Source: Clostridia bacterium (GTDB taxonomy: Bacteria; Bacillota; Clostridia; Oscillospirales; Acutalibacteraceae). From it: a stretch of 35,727 nt of DNA. The notes below the pieces were generated by a model. It did no database searches. It had not been told where the DNA came from and saw nothing but the letters and a program-made list of their open reading frames with translations. This document shows positions 32,613 through 35,727 of the stretch, one piece after another. The translations under genes and the position numbers were made by a program. The stretch covers positions 1 through 35,727 of the forward strand of contig JAFVQV010000009.1 in the NCBI GenBank assembly GCA_017504645.1. The letters are read 5' to 3'. Positions within the stretch are counted from its first letter, which is position 1, and each line of letters opens with the position of its first letter.

Positions 32613-33782
32613 GTGGACATTCTGCAACATTTCAGTTTCTTATGGGACAGCCTGCTGTTTTTCGTAACGGGCGACGGTTGGAAAAATTTAGTGATGCTGG
32701 CAGTGGGCGGCCTGCTCATCTATCTGGCGCTGGCAAAGGATTTTGAACCTTCCCTGCTGATGCCTATGGGCTTGGGCGCGATCATTGTCAACCTGCCCTT
32801 CTCCGGCGCGATCGGTGAAGCGGCTGACGGCTCCCAAGGTATTATCGAATGGTTATTTAAGGTAGGTATTGAGGCCTCCGAGGCGTTGCCGCTCTTACTG
32901 TTCATCGGTATCGGCGCCATGATCGACTTCGGCCCCCTGCTGTCCAACCCGAAGATGTTTTTGTTCGGCGGTGCGGCGCAGTTCGGTATTTTCCTTACCG
33001 TGGCCGCCGCTACCCTGTTTGGCTTTGACTTTAAAGACGCCGCCGCCATCGGCGTGATCGGTGCGGCGGACGGTCCTACCGCTATCTTGGTGGCCAACGT
33101 GCTGGAAACCCCGTTGCTGCCTGCCATCATGGTGGCGGCGTACTCGTACATGGCACTGGTGCCCATCATTCAGCCCTTCGCCATCAAGCTGGTCACCACC
33201 AAAAAAGAGCGGATGATCCGCATGACCTACAATCCGAAATCCGTATCACGCCGTACTCGCATCCTGTTCCCCATTGTGGTAACGGTGATTGCCGGCTTGA
33301 TCGCTCCCAAATCCGTATCGCTGGTGGGCTTCCTGATGTTCGGTAACCTGCTGCGTGAATGCCTAAAGCTGGACAATCTGTCCCAGACCGCGCAAACCGC
33401 ACTGGCCAACCTCATCACCATCGTGTTGGGTCTGTCCATTTCGGCCAGCATGAAGGCGGAAAAATTTGTGGATCTCAACACGGTCATCGTCATGGGTCTG
33501 GGCTTGGCGGCCTTTGTGTTTGACACCATCGCCGGTGTGCTGTTTGCTAAGTTCCTCAACCTGTTCCTGCCCGCGGGCAAGAAATTCAATCCCATGGTGG
33601 GCGGTGCCGGTATTTCGGCCTTCCCCATGTCCGCCCGTGTCATTCAGAAAATGGCACTCAAAGAAGACAACCAAAACCACCTGCTCATGCACGCCGTGGG
33701 TGCCAACGTGGCCGGTCAGATCGGCTCCGTAGTGGCCGGCGGTATCATCCTGACGGTGGTGCCGAAATTGCTCGGCGCGTAA
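32613..33782 (+). CDS. oadB: Sodium-translocating decarboxylase beta subunit (OadB/GcdB/MmdB family)
   Basis: About 389 aa, polytopic. LLIYLALAKDFEPSLLMPMGLGAIIVNLP and GAADGPTAI are OadB-family signatures. GTG 32613 has AAGGAAG 6 nt upstream; the track uses TTG 32595. Confidence 0.87.
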   Translation: MDILQHFSFLWDSLLFFVTGDGWKNLVMLAVGGLLIYLALAKDFEPSLLMPMGLGAIIVNLPFSGAIGEAADGSQGIIEWLFKVGIEASEALPLLLFIGIGAMIDFGPLLSNPKMFLFGGAAQFGIFLTVAAATLFGFDFKDAAAIGVIGAADGPTAILVANVLETPLLPAIMVAAYSYMALVPIIQPFAIKLVTTKKERMIRMTYNPKSVSRRTRILFPIVVTVIAGLIAPKSVSLVGFLMFGNLLRECLKLDNLSQTAQTALANLITIVLGLSISASMKAEKFVDLNTVIVMGLGLAAFVFDTIAGVLFAKFLNLFLPAGKKFNPMVGGAGISAFPMSARVIQKMALKEDNQNHLLMHAVGANVAGQIGSVVAGGIILTVVPKLLGA

Positions 33783-33802
33783 TGTGGTAAGGAGGAAAAA
33801 CA

Positions 33803-33934
33803 ATGTCGATTGCTACTCAAAATGCGTTGCTGCTGATGCTGCTCGGTATGGTGGGTATCTTTGCGGTGATGCTGCTCATCATGGTTACGGTCAACCTGTT
33901 AAACAAATTTGCCAAGGATAAGGAAGAGAAATAA
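33803..33934 (+). CDS. oadG: OadG-like small membrane subunit (43 aa; not in the ORF track)
   Basis: ATG 33803 has AAGGAGGA 6 nt upstream. Translation [43 protein letters not shown] is a single TM helix plus a basic tail, as in OadG/GcdD/MmdD. The stop TAA 33932-33934 overlaps the proS ATG. Confidence 0.6.
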   Translation: MSIATQNALLLMLLGMVGIFAVMLLIMVTVNLLNKFAKDKEEK

Positions 33935-35370
33935 TGGCTGATAATAAGAAGATGGTGGAAGCCATCACCTCCATGGAGGACGATTTTGCTCAATGGTATA
34001 CGGACGTGGTGAAAAAGGCGGAGCTCGCCAGCTATTCCGGTGTGCGGGGCTGCATGATCGTGCGCCCTTACGGCACCGCCCTGTGGGAAAACATCCGCAA
34101 CGATCTGGACAGCCGCTTTAAGGCGCTGGGCCACGAAAACATCATGATGCCCATGTTCATCCCCGAAAGCCTGCTTCAGCGAGAAAAGGATCACGTGGAG
34201 GGCTTTGCCCCCGAGGTGGCCTGGGTCACCCACGGCGGCGACGAAAAGTTGCAGGAGCGTCTGTGCGTGCGTCCCACCTCCGAGACGGTGTTCTGTGAGC
34301 ACTACGCCGATATCATTCACTCTTACCGTGACCTGCCCAAGCTGTACAACCAGTGGTGCTCGGTGGTGCGGTGGGAGAAGACCACCCGCCCCTTCCTGCG
34401 CACCATGGAGTTCTATTTGCAGGAGGGTCACACCATGCACGAGACCCCCGAGGAGGCCCTGGAAGAGACTGAGCGGATGCTGAACGTATACGCCGATTTC
34501 TGTGAGCAATCGCTGGCCATCCCCGTGGTAAAGGGTCGCAAGACCGACAAGGAAAAGTTCGCCGGTGCGGAGGCCACCTACACCATCGAAGCCATGATGC
34601 ACGACGGTAAGGCGCTGCAAAGCGGTACCAGTCACTATTTCGGTGACGGCTTCGCCCGCGCTTTTGACATTCAGTTTACCGATCGCAACAACCAGCTACA
34701 ATACCCCCATCAGACCTCCTGGGGTATGTCCACCCGCATCATCGGTGCCATCATCATGACCCACGGCGACGACAACGGCTTGGTACTGCCTCCCGCCGTG
34801 GCCCCCATTCAGCTGGTGATCCTGCCCATCGCTCAGCACAAGCCGGGCGTACTGGACAAGGCTCGTGAGTTGGCGGATCGCCTGAAGGCCGTCGCCCGTG
34901 TGAAGGTGGACGATTCGGACAATTCCGCCGGCTGGAAATTTGCGGAATATGAGATGAAGGGGGTGCCGCTCCGTCTGGAGATCGGTCCCCGCGATATTGA
35001 AAACAACCAGTGCGTGCTGGTGCGCCGCGACAACCGCGAAAAGACCGTGGTGTCGCTGGACGAGCTGGAGACCAAAATTCCCGAGCTGCTGCAGGCTGTT
35101 CACGACGGCTTGTACGAGAAAGCACTGGCTCGCCGCGAGGGTATGACCTTCACCGCCACCAACATGGAGGAAATGAAGGATGTCGCCGACAACAAGCCCG
35201 GTCTGATCAAGGCCATGTGGTGCGGCGATCTTGAGTGCGAGATGAAGCTCAAAGAGGATGCCGGCGTGACCAGCCGCTGTATGCCCTTTGAGCAGGAGCA
35301 CATCGCCGATACCTGCGTGTGCTGCGGCAAGCCTGCCAAGACCATGGTGGTCTGGGGCAAGGCCTATTAA
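33934..35370 (+). CDS. proS: Prolyl-tRNA synthetase (archaeal/eukaryote-like short class IIa form)
   Basis: 478 aa. [14 protein letters not shown]...[11 protein letters not shown], class II motifs, and a C-terminal Zn-like CGDLECE...CVCCGKPA. Confidence 0.95.
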   Translation: MADNKKMVEAITSMEDDFAQWYTDVVKKAELASYSGVRGCMIVRPYGTALWENIRNDLDSRFKALGHENIMMPMFIPESLLQREKDHVEGFAPEVAWVTHGGDEKLQERLCVRPTSETVFCEHYADIIHSYRDLPKLYNQWCSVVRWEKTTRPFLRTMEFYLQEGHTMHETPEEALEETERMLNVYADFCEQSLAIPVVKGRKTDKEKFAGAEATYTIEAMMHDGKALQSGTSHYFGDGFARAFDIQFTDRNNQLQYPHQTSWGMSTRIIGAIIMTHGDDNGLVLPPAVAPIQLVILPIAQHKPGVLDKARELADRLKAVARVKVDDSDNSAGWKFAEYEMKGVPLRLEIGPRDIENNQCVLVRRDNREKTVVSLDELETKIPELLQAVHDGLYEKALARREGMTFTATNMEEMKDVADNKPGLIKAMWCGDLECEMKLKEDAGVTSRCMPFEQEHIADTCVCCGKPAKTMVVWGKAY

Positions 35371-35382
35371 GGAGGTTTCGTT

Positions 35383-35727
<345 letters not shown>

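Noticed and set aside
33783-33933. T-box or other leader RNA upstream of proS
   Set aside because: The space is filled by a short ORF with a strong RBS whose stop overlaps the proS ATG. I saw no specifier or antiterminator architecture.

Overview
GC-rich chromosomal window from a spore-forming Firmicute (Clostridia-like; taxon is inference), tightly packed with strong GGAGG-type RBSs. All calls come from reading the translations and sequence by eye; no database search was run. Positions 1-13580 (minus strand) hold one compact 18-gene operon for a glycyl-radical-enzyme bacterial microcompartment (GRM) of the fucose/rhamnose type. In transcription order it encodes the GRE diol-dehydratase-like enzyme, its radical-SAM activase, PduU-like and PduV-like proteins, a class II aldolase with a Cys-rich tail, a DUF336/GlcG protein, a Zn-ADH, five BMC-H genes, BMC-P, PduS-like, PduT-like, an embedded DeoR regulator, a CoA-acylating aldehyde dehydrogenase and PduL (cut by the window edge). 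The rest of the window is: rpsT; gpr-spoIIP plus a small membrane ORF; rhaB-rhaA, which has no aldolase of its own; an rsmF-like methyltransferase; a membrane protein; the conserved rimP-nusA-ylxR-ylxQ-infB-rbfA-nrnA-truB operon plus one unknown gene; a capsule module (Wzz-like, BY-kinase, CapD-like); and oadB, an unannotated oadG-like 43-codon ORF, proS and a cyclophilin (partial). I saw no rRNA, tRNA, CRISPR array, transposase or integrase. The GRM locus is the most interesting content. It resembles the described GRM5 class, so the locus type is probably not new. Its unusual details are five matching encapsulation peptides, a cysteine-rich aldolase linker, an encapsulated DUF336 protein, a minimal activase next to PduS/PduT, atypical shell pore loops, an intercistronic hairpin, an internal promoter and a shared AAATCCAAA motif.
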